In this document: in pieces, positions 38,756 through 52,636 of the stretch
Numbering within the stretch: the first letter of the stretch is position 1
Layout of the letters: each line of letters begins with the position of its first letter
Assembly (NCBI RefSeq): GCF_006345805.1
Contig: NC_042999.1
Coordinates: 67,766,001 to 67,830,000, forward strand
Reading direction: 5' to 3'
DNA from: Octopus sinensis
Taxonomy: Eukaryota
DNA length: 64,000 bases
Program-made: the position numbers and the translations under genes
Notes under the pieces: generated by a model
The model's database searches: none
Seen by the model: the letters and a program-made list of their open reading frames with translations, nothing else
Told to the model about the DNA's origin: nothing

Positions 38756-39243
38756 TTTGTTCTTCTTTTCATACCGGCATGGGTTAGATGGGGCTCCTGA
38801 GACAGCGTTTTGCATTTGGATGCCTTTGCTGTTACAAACACTTATAGTCGCCTCTTCAGAAGCATAGGAACACAGTGTACCTATTTTAATACAGGGGCAT
38901 ATCTGGTGAAAAAAATATCAATAAATACTAAAATTTATAGTTTAAAAATGCTATTAAGATACTAATAAACATTTTTGAAAATACTAATGAAATACGTGAA
39001 AAAAATGTTAGTAGAATAGTTTTAAAATGATAAAAAAAAATATGTAGAAAATATACTAAAAAATATAGAAATAAGCTCAACCCCTAAAAAGAAGTTCACA
39101 GATAAAACGAAATAAAAAGAAAGCCTCTAATTAATAATTAAAAGATCTAATGTAAAAGGCGAGTAATTAATATTGGTTTTGAAAGTTGTGTGTTTATGTG
39201 TGCTTGCACATATATTCAAGTGAAGTTTGTTCGGAGAGAGAGG

Positions 39244-39302
<59 letters not shown>

Positions 39303-39479
39303 TGAATTTGTAGAAATAACGTTGACAGAACGGAGATAGTTGTAACATATAATTAGTAACATAATTAGTAACATAATGGTGGTTTTTGTGATTCTGAAGC
39401 TATAAAATACTGATTGGATAGTGGGGTGGAGGTAAGTGGGTGGGGGACAGGGAAAAATAAAGAATTACATGTGAGTGTG

Positions 39480-39516
39480 TGTCTATATCTATCTATACAT
39501 ATATACACACATATAC

Positions 39517-39547
<31 letters not shown>

Positions 39548-39903
39548 CATATATACATATACATACATATATATACATACATATACATAAACATACATAT
39601 ATACATACATATACATACATATATACATATATTCATACACATATATACATACATATACATATATACATACACATATATACATATATATACATAATACATA
39701 CACATATATACATATATATACATAATACATATATACATACATATATATACATGATACATATATACATACATATATATATATACATAATATATATATACAT
39801 ACATATATATATATACATATATATATATACATACATATATATATATACATAATATATATATACATACATATACATACATACATACATATACATACATACA
39901 TAC

Positions 39904-39940
<37 letters not shown>

Positions 39941-40156
39941 CATATACATACATACATACATATACATACATACATACATATACATATACATACATATACA
40001 TATATATATATATATATACATACATATACATACATACATATACATACATACATATACATATATATATATATACATACATACATATACATACATACACATA
40101 TACATACATACATATACATATATATATATATATAACATACATATACATACTACATA

Positions 40157-40188
<32 letters not shown>

Positions 40189-40421
40189 CATACATACATA
40201 TACATACATCATATACATACATACATATACTATATATATATATATACATACTATACATACATACATATATATACATACATATACATACATATATACATAT
40301 ATTCATACACATATATACATACATATACATATATACATACACATATATACATATATATACATAATACATACACATATATACATATATATACATAATACAT
40401 ATATACATATACATATATACA

Positions 40422-40452
<31 letters not shown>

Positions 40453-40816
40453 ATACATAATATATATATATACATACTATATATATATACATACATACAA
40501 TACATACATACATACATATACATACATACTACATATACATACATACATACATATACATATACATACATACATATACATATATATAATATACATACATATA
40601 CATACATCATATACATACATACATATACATACATATATATATATATATATACTACATATACATACATATACATATATATACATACATACATATACATACA
40701 TACATATATATACATATACATACATACATATATATATACATACATACACATATACATCCACACACACACACACACATATATATACACACATATATATAAA
40801 TATACATATACACACA
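39480..40816. repeat. Complex (TA/TACA)n microsatellite
   Basis: 1.3 kb almost entirely of A, T and C di/tetranucleotides. Confidence 0.95.
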
Positions 40817-41885
40817 TATGTTAGCATCCCGCATATCCTGACGGACTGTACCCTCTTCCCAGCACTGACACAGAAGCTCATGAAGGTACTGAAGCAGAGT
40901 GGTGTTTTTGCCAGCTTTGATGATCTCACTGGCTAGGGAGTCTATAGCCTTGGTGAGCTCTACTGTGGATGGCAAACTGTCAAGTTCACACATGGCTGGC
41001 AAGATCTTGACACCTTCGATTGCAACTTCAGCGACTGTGGTCTCCCCTGAGTAGAGATCCTGGTAGTACTCCACCCATCTATCCATTTGCTTGCTTTGGT
41101 CTTTGTCGAGATCTCCAGTAGTTGATTTCAGAGGGGCTGACTTGGTTGCTGATGGACCGACGGCCTTCTTCAAACCGGCATGCCTCCCACGGGTATCACC
41201 ACTGTCAGCAGCTGACTGGATACTCTGATAGATTTCCTGCCAATACCTATTTGCTCAGTGTCTGGCAGTCAGTTTGGTTTTATTTCTTGCCTTTCTGAAT
41301 TCATCGAGTGACTTTGTAGAAGAATCACTCTTGTATTGCATCAGAGCTGCATGCTTTGCTTTGATAACTGGTTCCAGCTCTGAGAGCCCAGCACTGAACC
41401 ACCTGGGTTTTGCCTTTCTCTCATGCCGAAAGTATCTATTGATGTGGTATACAAAGCTTCCTTGATATAATTCCACGTACTTTCAAAAGAGGAGGATGGG
41501 CAGCTACTGAGGGCAATCTTGACAAAAACAGCAAAAAGTTTTTGCAGTTTAGGGTCCGAGGTTCTAGCAGTGTTAATGCGTGGTTGGCCCATTTTCTTGG
41601 AATGATGGATTTTTTTAGGCAAAATTCTCACCCTGCTTCTTATTAGCGAATGATCAGTGTCACAATCTGTACTGTGGTAACTATGGGTCAGTTGGACAGA
41701 ATTCAGAAAGGATCTTCGTGTAATGATGAGATCCAGCTGGTGCAAGTGGTGAGATCTTGGACGTCTCCAAGATGCCTTGTGGGATGGCTTGCTGGCAAAG
41801 AATGTGCTGGTGATGCGTAGGTTATGGTATGTGCAAAATTCAAGCAGTCTCTGACCATTGTCATGCATGTTGCCAATGCCAAAAT
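40817..41885 (-). pseudogene. RTE-clade LINE: AP-endonuclease to start of RT (inverted segment)
   Basis: HFGIGNMHDNGQRLLEFC...HQLDLII...DCDTDHSLI (APE), [26 protein letters not shown]; frameshifts. Confidence 0.9.
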
Positions 41886-42346
41886 GTATGAGATGGCTAT
41901 GGAACATGGCAGAATTCTCACGGATATACTCTATAGAGAGCTTGCTAGGGGCACTAGGTTTGTTGGAAGACCGTTCTTACAATACAAGGATGTTTGCAAA
42001 AGGGACATGAAGGCCTGTGACATCAATATTAGCAACTGGGAAGCAGTTGCCAGCAACTGTGGAGATTGGTGATGCACTGTAGAAGAGGGAACACAAAGGA
42101 GTGACATAGAGAGAGAGGAGAAATGGAAAGACAAGAAAAGACGTCAACAAGAAACTATGACATTACAACCAGCCAGGCAAAGTCTTCACTACATTTGTGG
42201 CACCTGCCAGAGGGAGTGTTTGTCCAGGATAGGACTACACAGCCACAGCAGGAGATGTATTAAGGACATGAAATGTAAAAACCAGACTAGATTACTTTAT
42301 GCGCAACTCCATTGTCTCCTGAGACAAAAAGGATGCCAACAACAAC
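41886..42346 (+). pseudogene. RTE-clade LINE: C-terminus and 3' end
   Basis: MEHGRILTDILYRELARGTRFVGRPFLQYKDVCKRDMK, zinc-finger-like CGTCQRECLSRIGLHSHSRRC, 3' hairpin TGTCTCCTGAGACA and (CAA)n tail. Confidence 0.9.
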
Positions 42347-42373
42347 ATATATAGATACATATATACTCTCTTT

Positions 42374-42442
<69 letters not shown>

Positions 42443-42612
42443 CATACATATATATACATATATATATATACATACATATATATATATATATATACATACA
42501 TATATATATACATATATATATATACATACATATATATATATACATACATATATATATACATACATATATATATACATACATATATATATACATACATATA
42601 TACATACATACA

Positions 42613-42653
<41 letters not shown>

Positions 42654-42689
42654 ACATATATACATATACATACATATATATATAATACA

Positions 42690-42725
<36 letters not shown>

Positions 42726-42793
42726 CATATACATATATATACATACATATATATACATACATCATACATACATATACATAACATACATACATA

Positions 42794-42879
<86 letters not shown>
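42347..42879. repeat. (TA/TACA)n microsatellite
   Basis: Direct reading. Confidence 0.95.
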
Positions 42880-44019
42880 GCGGTTTGGTAAATGAGAGAG
42901 ACAAAATAAAAACCGGGCTTAAAAAATAAAAGTGCCGGTGTCAATTAGTTAGATTAAAATCTCTTTGAAGGCAGTACACCATCATGGATGCAGTCTAATG
43001 ACTGAAGCAAGATAAAAAATGTCTGTGTTTGTATATATTAATAAAGGTGCAGGTATAGCCATGTGGTTAAGAAGCCTGTCTTCTTATCACATGGTTTTGT
43101 GTTCAGTCCTGCTGTGTGGCATCTTGAGCAGGTGTCTTTTACTATAGCCCAAGGCCAACCCAAAGCCTTGTGAGTGGATTTGGGAGACAGAGTCTGAAAG
43201 AAGCCTACTGTACACACACAAATTATAACAGTTCCATATATGAGCCAACAACAAGTGGTGAAACACACACACACACAAGTATTTCATGAGAGGGTAAGAG
43301 TGCGAGACAGAGGCAGAGGCACAGTGAGAGACGAATGAGGAACAAGGAGTGATGACTAAGAGAGGGAAGACCTCCAGCCTTAATGCTAGTAATTGATAAA
43401 TTAAGCCCAACAAAAAACGAAACCTGTATAATGATATTAGATTTCAATATATTTGTTTTTAAATTTTTTTTACATTGTTCTAGTAATTCTTGATTTTAAT
43501 TTTACTTGATTTAAAAAAAAATTCCTCTTCTACTTATAATTGTTATTTCTATGTAGTTTCTTTTTTAATTTTATTTATATTATTTTATTTTTAAAAAATT
43601 CCTCTTCTTATAATCGTTATTTCTATGTAGCTTTTTTTTCAATTTTATTTATATTATTTTATTTAAAAAAAAAATTAGGTGATTTTTTTTTTTGCAAAGC
43701 TCTGGGTGGTTGAAATAGGGATGGGTTAGGGTTGTATATTTTAGTTTAGAGAATCGTTGATAAAGAATATAACAAGAGTCCATTGTATTGGCAGAGGAGA
43801 AGTTTGCGGGGGGGGGGGGGGTAGGGGGGTAGTTATTTATAAGTTGTAGGGATTCTTTGACACACAGACAGACATGCTGTTAGTGTCTGTTGTGTTGGAA
43901 ATGGGATAATGTTAAATCACAGTTTGTGATGACAGTGATGATGGTGGTGATGTAGGTGATGGAGTTAGTTAAGATGATTGTTGTTGTTGATGATGGTGGT
44001 GGTGGTGGTGGTATTTAAT

Positions 44020-44447
44020 ATCTTTTATCTTTTTCTTTTACTTGTTTCAGTTGTTAGGTTGGCCAAGGCCATGCTGGGGCACTGCCCTGAAGAAATTTTA
44101 GTCCAACAAATTGACCCCCACAACTTATTTTATTTGTCTAAGCTTGATACTTATTCTATTAGTCTTCTTTTGATGAACTGCTAAGTTATGGGTGCATAAA
44201 CACACTAACACTGGTTGCCAAGCAGTGGTGCTGGAACAAACACAAACATACATGCACTCACACATACACACACACATATATATATATGTGTATACGATGG
44301 GCTTCTTTCAGTTTCCATCAAACAAATCCACTTATAAGGCTTTGGTTGGCCTGAAGCTATAGTAGAAGACACTCACTCAAGATACCACATAGTGAGACTG
44401 AACTTGGAACCATGTGGTTGGAAAGCAAACATGTACCACACAGCCCA
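44020..44447 (-). mobile_element. Family A SINE
   Basis: Reverse complement of family consensus. Confidence 0.8.
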
Positions 44448-44737
44448 TAGGTTTTTTTTTATGGTGGTGGTGGTGGTGATGGCGGTAATGATATTAGTTA
44501 AGATGATAGTATTGATGATGATGGTGGTGGTGGTACATTTCACTTTGCCTTGGTAACTCCAAAAAGAGAGCCTTGATGTGGTCACTCAATATGACTGAAA
44601 TAGTATCCAAATTCCTATCAAATTACAACTGCCTTAAAAAGAGAAAGGCACACAAGCAAATGCATTCTGTTGTTTAACTAAAGCTGGTACTCCAGCATGG
44701 CCACAGTCAGATGACTGAAACAATTAAGAGAAGAAAA

Positions 44738-44779
<42 letters not shown>

Positions 44780-44781
<2 letters not shown>

Positions 44782-45128
44782 GCAGGAGTGGCTGCATGGT
44801 AAGTAGCTTACTTACGAACCACATGTTTCTGGGTTCAGTCTCACTGCATGGAACCTTGTGCAAGTGTCTTCTACTATAGCTTTGGGCTATATATAATGGG
44901 CTGAAAGAAGCCCATTATATATATGTGTGTGTGTGTTTGTATTTCTGTATTTGTACCCCCACAATCACCTGACAACCGATGTTGGTGTGTTCACGCCCTT
45001 GTAATTTAGTGGTTCAGCAAAAGAGACTGATAGAATAAGTACTAAGTTTACAAGAAATAAGTTTGTTCGACAAAAGGCGTTGCTCCAGCATGGCCGCAGT
45101 CAAATGACTGAAACAAATAAAAGGATAA
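44780..45128 (+). mobile_element. Family A SINE
   Basis: CGCAGGAGTGGCTG head to GACTGAAACAAATAAAAG tail. Confidence 0.8.
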
Positions 45129-45570
45129 CATGTATCATTTATGATGCATGGAGACTAAGGAAATATGTCTTGTGTGTCATAAGTGATAGACAGAACAGGG
45201 AAAGGGTAAAATTCTGAAAGAAACCAAACCAGACTGAATAAAACCAGATCAGACCAGACTGAAGAATGATATTGTGCAAGAATTCCATGGATTGTTGCCT
45301 AAGTATTTCATCAGATAACTCCACACCATGGGGCAGGCTGCAGGCAGCAGCACAAGAGGTTTTGATGATAACAATGGTCTCACAGTTAAAAAAAAAAAAA
45401 ATTCCTGCTTTATCTGGATAACATTGAAAGTATGGAAGGGCTTATAATGTATACCGACATAAAAAACCCAGCAAAAACAATAGGTAATGGTGGTGATGGT
45501 GGCGCTAGTGATGGTGCTGAAATATAGCATATTTAGTAACTAGCTATCAGATATATTTTGAGAGTTGATA

Positions 45571-45985
45571 GGCGGCGAGCTGGCAGAAATGTTAGCATGC
45601 CGGGCAAAATGCTTGGCAGTATTTCGTCTGCCGTTACGTTCCGAGTTCAAATTCCGCTGAGGTCAACTTTGCCTTTCATTCTTTCGGGGTCAATTAAATA
45701 AGTACCAGTTACGCACTGGGGTCGATATAATCGACTTAATCCGTTTGTCTGTCCTTGTTTGTCCTCTCTGTGTTTAGCCCCTTGCGGGTAGTAAAGAAAT
45801 AGGTATTTTGTCTGCTGTTACATTCTGAGATCAAATTCCACCTAGGTCGACTTTGCCTTTCATCCTTTTGGGGGTCCATTAAATAAGTACCAGTTACGCA
45901 CTGGGGTTGATATAATTGACTTAATCCGTTTGTCTGTCCTTGTTTGTCCTCTCTGTGTTTAGCCCCTTCTGGGTAGTAAAGAAAC
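45571..45985 (+). mobile_element. Family C SINE, head-to-tail dimer
   Basis: Full unit 45571-45801 followed by a 5'-truncated unit 45802-45985. Confidence 0.88.
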
Positions 45986-47673
45986 ATATATTCGGAGGGT
46001 TGATGGGGTGGAAGAAATAGCAATAGTAACGGTTCTCTCAATAGTTGCAGACCACTTACTCTTGACATCTAAGAAGCCATACTTCAAACACATGCACACA
46101 CACACACACACTTTCTCTCTTGCTCCACACATTATTCAAGAGCGCTCTTTAAAAGCAGACTGATTTTTAAATGAGACAAACTCAGAAAATAAACATACAA
46201 ATTGTTGATTTTTGCTTTTGTTTGCGATTATTTTGGTTTGTTTTCTTTTAATTATTATTATTTTTATTTTTTTGTATTGTTGTCTGGAAACTTGAAAATA
46301 AAAGAATCTTTCTTTAAACAGTTTCCATTAGCAAGTACTTGAGTAATTAATGTTTTGTTTAATCAAGTTATTTGTTTTATAAGCAAGTATGAAATTTTGT
46401 TATAATTACTTTGTACAAAATTGGTCTTGTGCAAAATGGAAAAAAAAAAATGCTGTTTCAAGTAAAATTATTATTTAGATGTGATATGGTAAATTTTCTT
46501 TATTATTATTATTATTATTATTGTTGTTATTATTATTATTATTTTGTAATTTTTCATTCGATTTTGTTTTCTTTAAATATTTTCAAAATATTTTTATCAT
46601 TCTTAAATAGGTTAGATAATTATACAAATTTTTATATTTAAATAAATTACTAGTGCAGATAATTGGCTGTGAGTTATAAAGATAATTATTTCATTTGAAG
46701 AAAGCAATTGGACTTGATGTGGCTAATTTATGTGATGGTGGCTCTTTATTTTCACATTAACTTTGACCAAACAAACCTTTGGTCAAAGACAACCCATCTT
46801 AACAAGGGTATCATCATCATCGTTTAACGTCCACTTTCCATGCTAGCATGGGTTGGACAAATGACTGAGGGCTGGCGAACCAGATGGCTGCACCAGGCTT
46901 CAATCTTGATCTGGCAGAGTTTCTACAGCTGGATGCCCTTCCTAACGCCAACCACGGTATCTAAAACTATATTATCACGTGATGATGAGATGTGATTTCA
47001 ACTAGATTTAGTTGCTATGTCTAGCATGTTGGACAACTATGTGGAGGCTTTCATAATGTTTTGTACTCTTAAGTCATGTTACCTTTTTCCGGTGGAAATC
47101 ACATGACCTAGTGGCCTTAGCACTGGAGGAGGCAAGGGTTTATCTCCCCACTATTAATATAAACAACAGTGTATTTTACACCAAAAGTCAATATGGGAGT
47201 TTCTCTCAAGGTAACTATTGCAGTATAATTTGTTCTAACAGTACTTCCATATTTAAGTGCGGATAAATATCACCTCTTGGTATTTATTCTGCCTCTATTA
47301 CTAATAAATGTTTTTTAACAACTTCTTTGACTAATCGCGACATCAGTGCCTGTTCCTGCACTGTTATTCTACATGTTGCTGGTGGGGAAATGATTTGCTG
47401 CTATCTCTAGCGGTCAACTATTCATCATTTACAAGACTAAACAACATCAAAATCACATGATCAGGTGGTCTTGCTTTGGAGGTGGCAATGATTTATCTCC
47501 CCATTAGCAATATAAACAAGAATGCATTTTGTACCAAAAGCCAATATTAGAGTTTCTCTCATGCTATCTAGTGCAGTATAGTTTGTCCTAACAGTACATC
47601 CATGATTAAGTGGAGATAAATGTTTTTTATTCACACAAAAATGTGTCAAAGGTAACCCACAAACATGCACATA

Positions 47674-48157
47674 CAGTGATACCTCGCAGTACGAGTTTAA
47701 TTCATTCCATGACTGAACTCGTCTTATGATTTACTTGTTTTACAAATCAATTTTCCCCATTGAAATTAACTAAAATATATATTTCTTTATTGCCCACAAG
47801 GGGCTAAACATAGAGGGGACAAACAAGGGATTAAGTCGATTACATCGACCCCAGTGCGTAAATTAACAAAAATATAATGAATCAAACCCAGCCCTCCAAA
47901 ACCACCCAACAAAAAATATTTTATGGGTTTTAAAACAGAAAAAGTCTAGTTACAAGTAAAATGACAATTATAAAAAAGAGAGTGCAAAAGAAATATGTAA
48001 ACTGGTTTTTATTAACTGAATTACCTTAAAGATGGAACAATTTATGTGCTTGTTCTGTGGATTTCTGCTCATACTTCAAGACAAAAATTTACATGAGTCT
48101 CAGCTTGTACAGCAAATTACTCGTACAATGGAGCACTCATACTGCGAGGTTCTGCTG
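47674..48157. mobile_element. Tigger-like MITE with nested family C tail (47782-47860)
   Basis: TA|CAGTGATACCTCGCAGTACGAGT...ACTCATACTGCGAGGTTCTGCTG|TA. Confidence 0.75.
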
Positions 48158-49361
48158 TATATGCAGTTTCCATCTACCAAATCCACTCACTAAACATTGG
48201 TTGGATCAGGGCTATAGTAAAAGACACTTGCCCAAGATGCCATGCAGTAGGATTGAAACAGGAACCATGTAGTTGGGGAGCAAACTGCTTGCAACAAACA
48301 CAGCCACACATGCACCTAGTTTTCTACAAAAACCTAACCCAGGCCTCCACCTTGGAGAGGAACTTGTCAGGTGCAGAAAATCTTGGTTAACTACAACCAG
48401 AACGGTCCTTTTGGTCCTTAAATTACTGAAACTAAGTTGTATCCCTGATTTGTCATTATTTAGTAGTATTTAGGACTACATTATCCAAATGTGCCCTTTT
48501 TGGAGGGTAAGGTAGTGGGCAGCATACAGGTGATTTCTTGTAAGTCCTGCTTATTATATGGTCTGAGATCTCACTTCTGATGTCTCAGAACTAAAAGGCA
48601 TGGTAGCTAAATAGACAACTAATGTCCCAAATGATAAGTATGTATGTGTAAGTGCATGTCTATAGTAGAAGGCCTTGTGCAAGTGTCTTCTACTATAGCC
48701 CTAGGCAAAAAGACTCATGTGGATTTTATAGGTGAAAATTGGAGGGAGCCTGTCATATGTATGCGTGTGTGTTTGTCTCCCACCACAACTTGACAACCGG
48801 TGTCGGTTTGTTTACACCACTGTAACCTATAAGTTCTGCAAAAGAGGCTGATATAATAAGTACCAAGTTTGAAATACTAAGAACTGCAGGTGATTTGTTT
48901 GTCTAAACATTTCAAGGTTATACCCTAGCTGAGCCACAGCCCTATAAATGAAGCACATACACAATAAATAAATAAATAAATAAATGAATAAATAAATAAA
49001 TAAATAAATAAATAAGGAACCTTGATTAATGGTGGAAATTAACTGAACTCAATAGAACTACAGAAATTCAGATTTCTTCCTCAATGTAAAAAGCCAAAAA
49101 AAATCTCTGTTACAGAAAACAAGGAACTATATATGATAGATATCTGAAACAATTTCTACGGAAAGCTAACAGGTTTCTGATAAAATGGTTTTCTAAAATG
49201 AAGGAATATTTTCAATCAATACACACTCTTCCCCTGCCATTCCTAATATCATCATTTGATAAATGTCAAAGGAACAGAGGTCTAACCTTTGAGAAAATAA
49301 AAGACTAAAACCATCCAAGAACTTGGCATATTGGGGTATGTTTTATATTTTCAGCTTATAT

Positions 49362-49376
49362 TGATATATATATATC

Positions 49377-49409
<33 letters not shown>

Positions 49410-49557
49410 GAGAGAGAGATAGATATGTATATATATAATATATATATATATATAAATATATATAGAAATAGATAGATAGATATGTATATATATATATATA
49501 TATATATAAATATATATAGAAATAGATAGATAGATATGTATATATATGTATGTATAC

Positions 49558-49617
<60 letters not shown>

Positions 49618-49903
49618 CTATATACGTGTATATATATATATGTATATATATGTGTATATATATGTATATATATATATATACATATTATATATATATACAT
49701 ATGTGTATATAATATATATATGTTTATACAAATATATACCTATATATACATACATACTCATAGATATACATAGAAGCATATACATATAAATACACACACA
49801 AATACACACAGATACACATTCACAGACAGACACAGATACACACACATATATGCATGCAGAATCACATACATATATATGTAAACACACACGTGTGTGTGTG
49901 TGT

Positions 49904-49961
<58 letters not shown>

Positions 49962-50055
49962 CATACATACACATATATATATATATATATATATACATTT
50001 AGATAGACACACATACATAACACATACTTGGACAAACACATACACATATACAAAT
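49362..50055. repeat. (TA/CA)n microsatellite block
   Basis: Direct reading. Confidence 0.9.
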
Positions 50056-50766
50056 GTACTTCGCTGTAGCTGCCTGTCTTTGATTCCAATATATCAAACT
50101 AATGGCTGATCATACCATTTCTCCAAGACTGACATATGACAGAAGAGAATCTGTTTTAAATATTGCAATATTGATAAGACAAAGAACCAATCAAATTACC
50201 ATCCCAAATTAATGGAGCAAAAGTCTGTGATTCTTCAGAATTGTTTGGAATTAAAATCATCAGGTGGCTTCTTTGAAATTAGCAAGGTTCATAGATTTTA
50301 TTAAGTTCCTTTATTTGTACGTACATATGTTCTCCCATGTGTGTATAATGTGTGTGAATGTGTATGTGTGCTTGTATGTGGATGTGTGGATGTGCATGTA
50401 TGCATGTATTTGCGTTTGCATTTGTGTGCGTAAGTATGTCTTACATGCATGTGTATGTGTGAATATGTATATGTGTTTATGTAGATGTGTATGTATGTTT
50501 ACGTGCATGGATGTACATTTGTATGTACATGTGTTTATGTATTTGCATGTATGTGTGTTTGCATGTATAAGTGTGTGTGTGTGTTGTATGTATATATATA
50601 TATATAAGTTCAGCAAAAATTTAGATTCAAATGAATATGGTACTTAAGTTAAAGGTTCCAGAATTTTGTATGGTAATATCCATATAAATCAAATGGGGTG
50701 ATTATAAATGAAGTAGCATGAAACAATTCTACTACTCTACCTTGGATATCCTTGTTGCTTATTTGG

Positions 50767-50809
<43 letters not shown>

Positions 50810-50900
50810 ATATATATATTCCAAAATGTAACTACGCGTGGACTGTTGGTGATTTTTTTCCCCTCTTCTTCCTTTTCTTTTGGACTTTCCTATGTCCCCG

Positions 50901-50935
50901 GTTTCTGAAGAAGAGCTTTGCTTGAAATCTAAAAC
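50901..50935 (+). ncRNA. Degenerate minimal hammerhead core in a Penelope-like 3' fragment (50828-51050)
   Basis: GTTT-CTGAAGA-A-GAGC-TTT-GCTT-GAAA-TCTA-AAAC. Confidence 0.45.
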
Positions 50936-51068
50936 AACCAATCTTGCTTTCCTTCTCTGAGTGTCTCATTAATACTTTGCATGTACCCCGTCCTCGCATT
51001 GTTGCTTTTCTTCTTGTCTTTCTTTCTCCGTTTTTTTTTTATCAACTATATAAATATATATATATATA

Positions 51069-51458
51069 TGCGCAGGAGTGACTGTGTGTTAAGTAGCTTG
51101 CTTACCTACCACATGGTTCCGGGTTCAGTCTCACTGTGCAGTACCTTGGGCAAGTGTCTTCTACTGTAGCCTTGGGCTGACCAAAGCCTTGTGAGTGGAT
51201 TTTGTAGTCGGAAACCGAAAGAAGCCTGTTGTATATATATATATATGTATGTATGTGTATTTGTGTTTGTCCCCACCAACATTGCTTCACAACCGATGCT
51301 GGTGCGTTTACATCCCCGTAAGTTGGCATTTCAGCAAAAGAGACTGATAGAATCAGTACTAGGCTTACAAAGAATAAGTCCTGAGGTTGATTTGCTTGAC
51401 TAAAGGCGGTGCTCCAGCATGGCCACAGTCACATGACTGAAACAAGTAAAAGAGTAAG
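51069..51458 (+). mobile_element. Family A SINE, full length
   Basis: GCGCAGGAGTG head to AAGTAAAAGAGT tail. Confidence 0.88.
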
Positions 51459-52084
51459 TATTTCTCTGTAAGGTAGTATCCACAATTATCATGCATCATT
51501 TACCATCAAATCTGCAGGATTTCTGTAAGATATCTATGATGCTGTTATAACTTTTGGCAATGGCTTCATACTTGAGTTGTTTCCTCTAAATCCAAGAATA
51601 GTTCAAGAAAAGTCAAAATAAAGATAAATCAGCTGTTTAGAAATATTTATTCATATTTTTGGTTTTAACTCAAGATCAGTTGGCTGAGATTATTGACACT
51701 ATTCCCTTGTAATGAATGTGTTCAGTTCACATATTGGTTAAAGATTATCTTACATCTTTCATTTGCTTCAGGTACTGGACTACGAAGTCGACTTCAATGG
51801 AATTTGAAACCAGAACATAAACAGCTGATGGCTTGTACGCACACAGTATTTCATTGTGCAACTATCTTTTCTACTCTAGACACAAGGCCCGAAATCTTTG
51901 GATTAGATTGACCTCAGTATGCAACTGGTACTTAATTTATCTACCCCAAAAGGATAAAAGACAAAGTCAACCTTGTCGGAATTTGAAATTGTGCAACTAT
52001 TATTTACTATAAAGTACATTAAAATGTTTTTAAAAGTCAATACTTTGTTCCATTGTGTTAGCAGTGTTCTTATTCTTAACAAAC

Positions 52085-52301
52085 AGGTGCAGGAGTGGTC
52101 ATGTGGTAAGTAGGCACAGGAGTGGCCGTGTGGTAAGTAGGCGCAATAGTGGCCGAGTGGTAAGTAGCTTGCTTACCAACCACATGGTTCCAGGTTCAGT
52201 CCCACTGCATAGCACCTTGGGCAAGTGTCTTCTACTATAGCCTTGGGCCAACCAAAGCCTTGTGAGTGGATTTGGTTGATGGAAACTGAAAGAAGCCAAT
52301 C

Positions 52302-52345
<44 letters not shown>

Positions 52346-52391
52346 GATTGGCTTCTTTCAGTTTCCATCTACCAAATCCACTCACAAGGCT

Positions 52392-52432
<41 letters not shown>

Positions 52433-52636
52433 TTGTGTCTGTGTTTGCGTCCCCAACATCGCTTGACAACCGATGGTGGTGTGTTTACGTGCCCCCTAAC
52501 TTAGCGGTTCGGCAAAAGAGACCGATGGGATAAGTACTAGGCTTACACAGAATAAGTCTTGGGGTCGATTTGCTCGACTAAAGGTGGTGCTCCAGCATGG
52601 CCACAGTCAAATGACTGAAACAAGTAAAAGAGTAAA
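52085..52636 (+). mobile_element. Family A SINE with triplicated 27-bp head and internal inverted duplication
   Basis: Three AGGYRCARKAGTGGYC..GTGGTAAGT units; hairpin 52255-52392. Confidence 0.85.

Noticed and set aside
39365-40817. Long ORFs up to 382 aa (Y/I/M/C/V-rich), and similar ORFs at 29.4-29.9, 42.3-42.8, 49.3-50.6 and 58.5-59.4 kb
   Set aside because: Translations of stop-poor TA/CA microsatellites; no protein signal.
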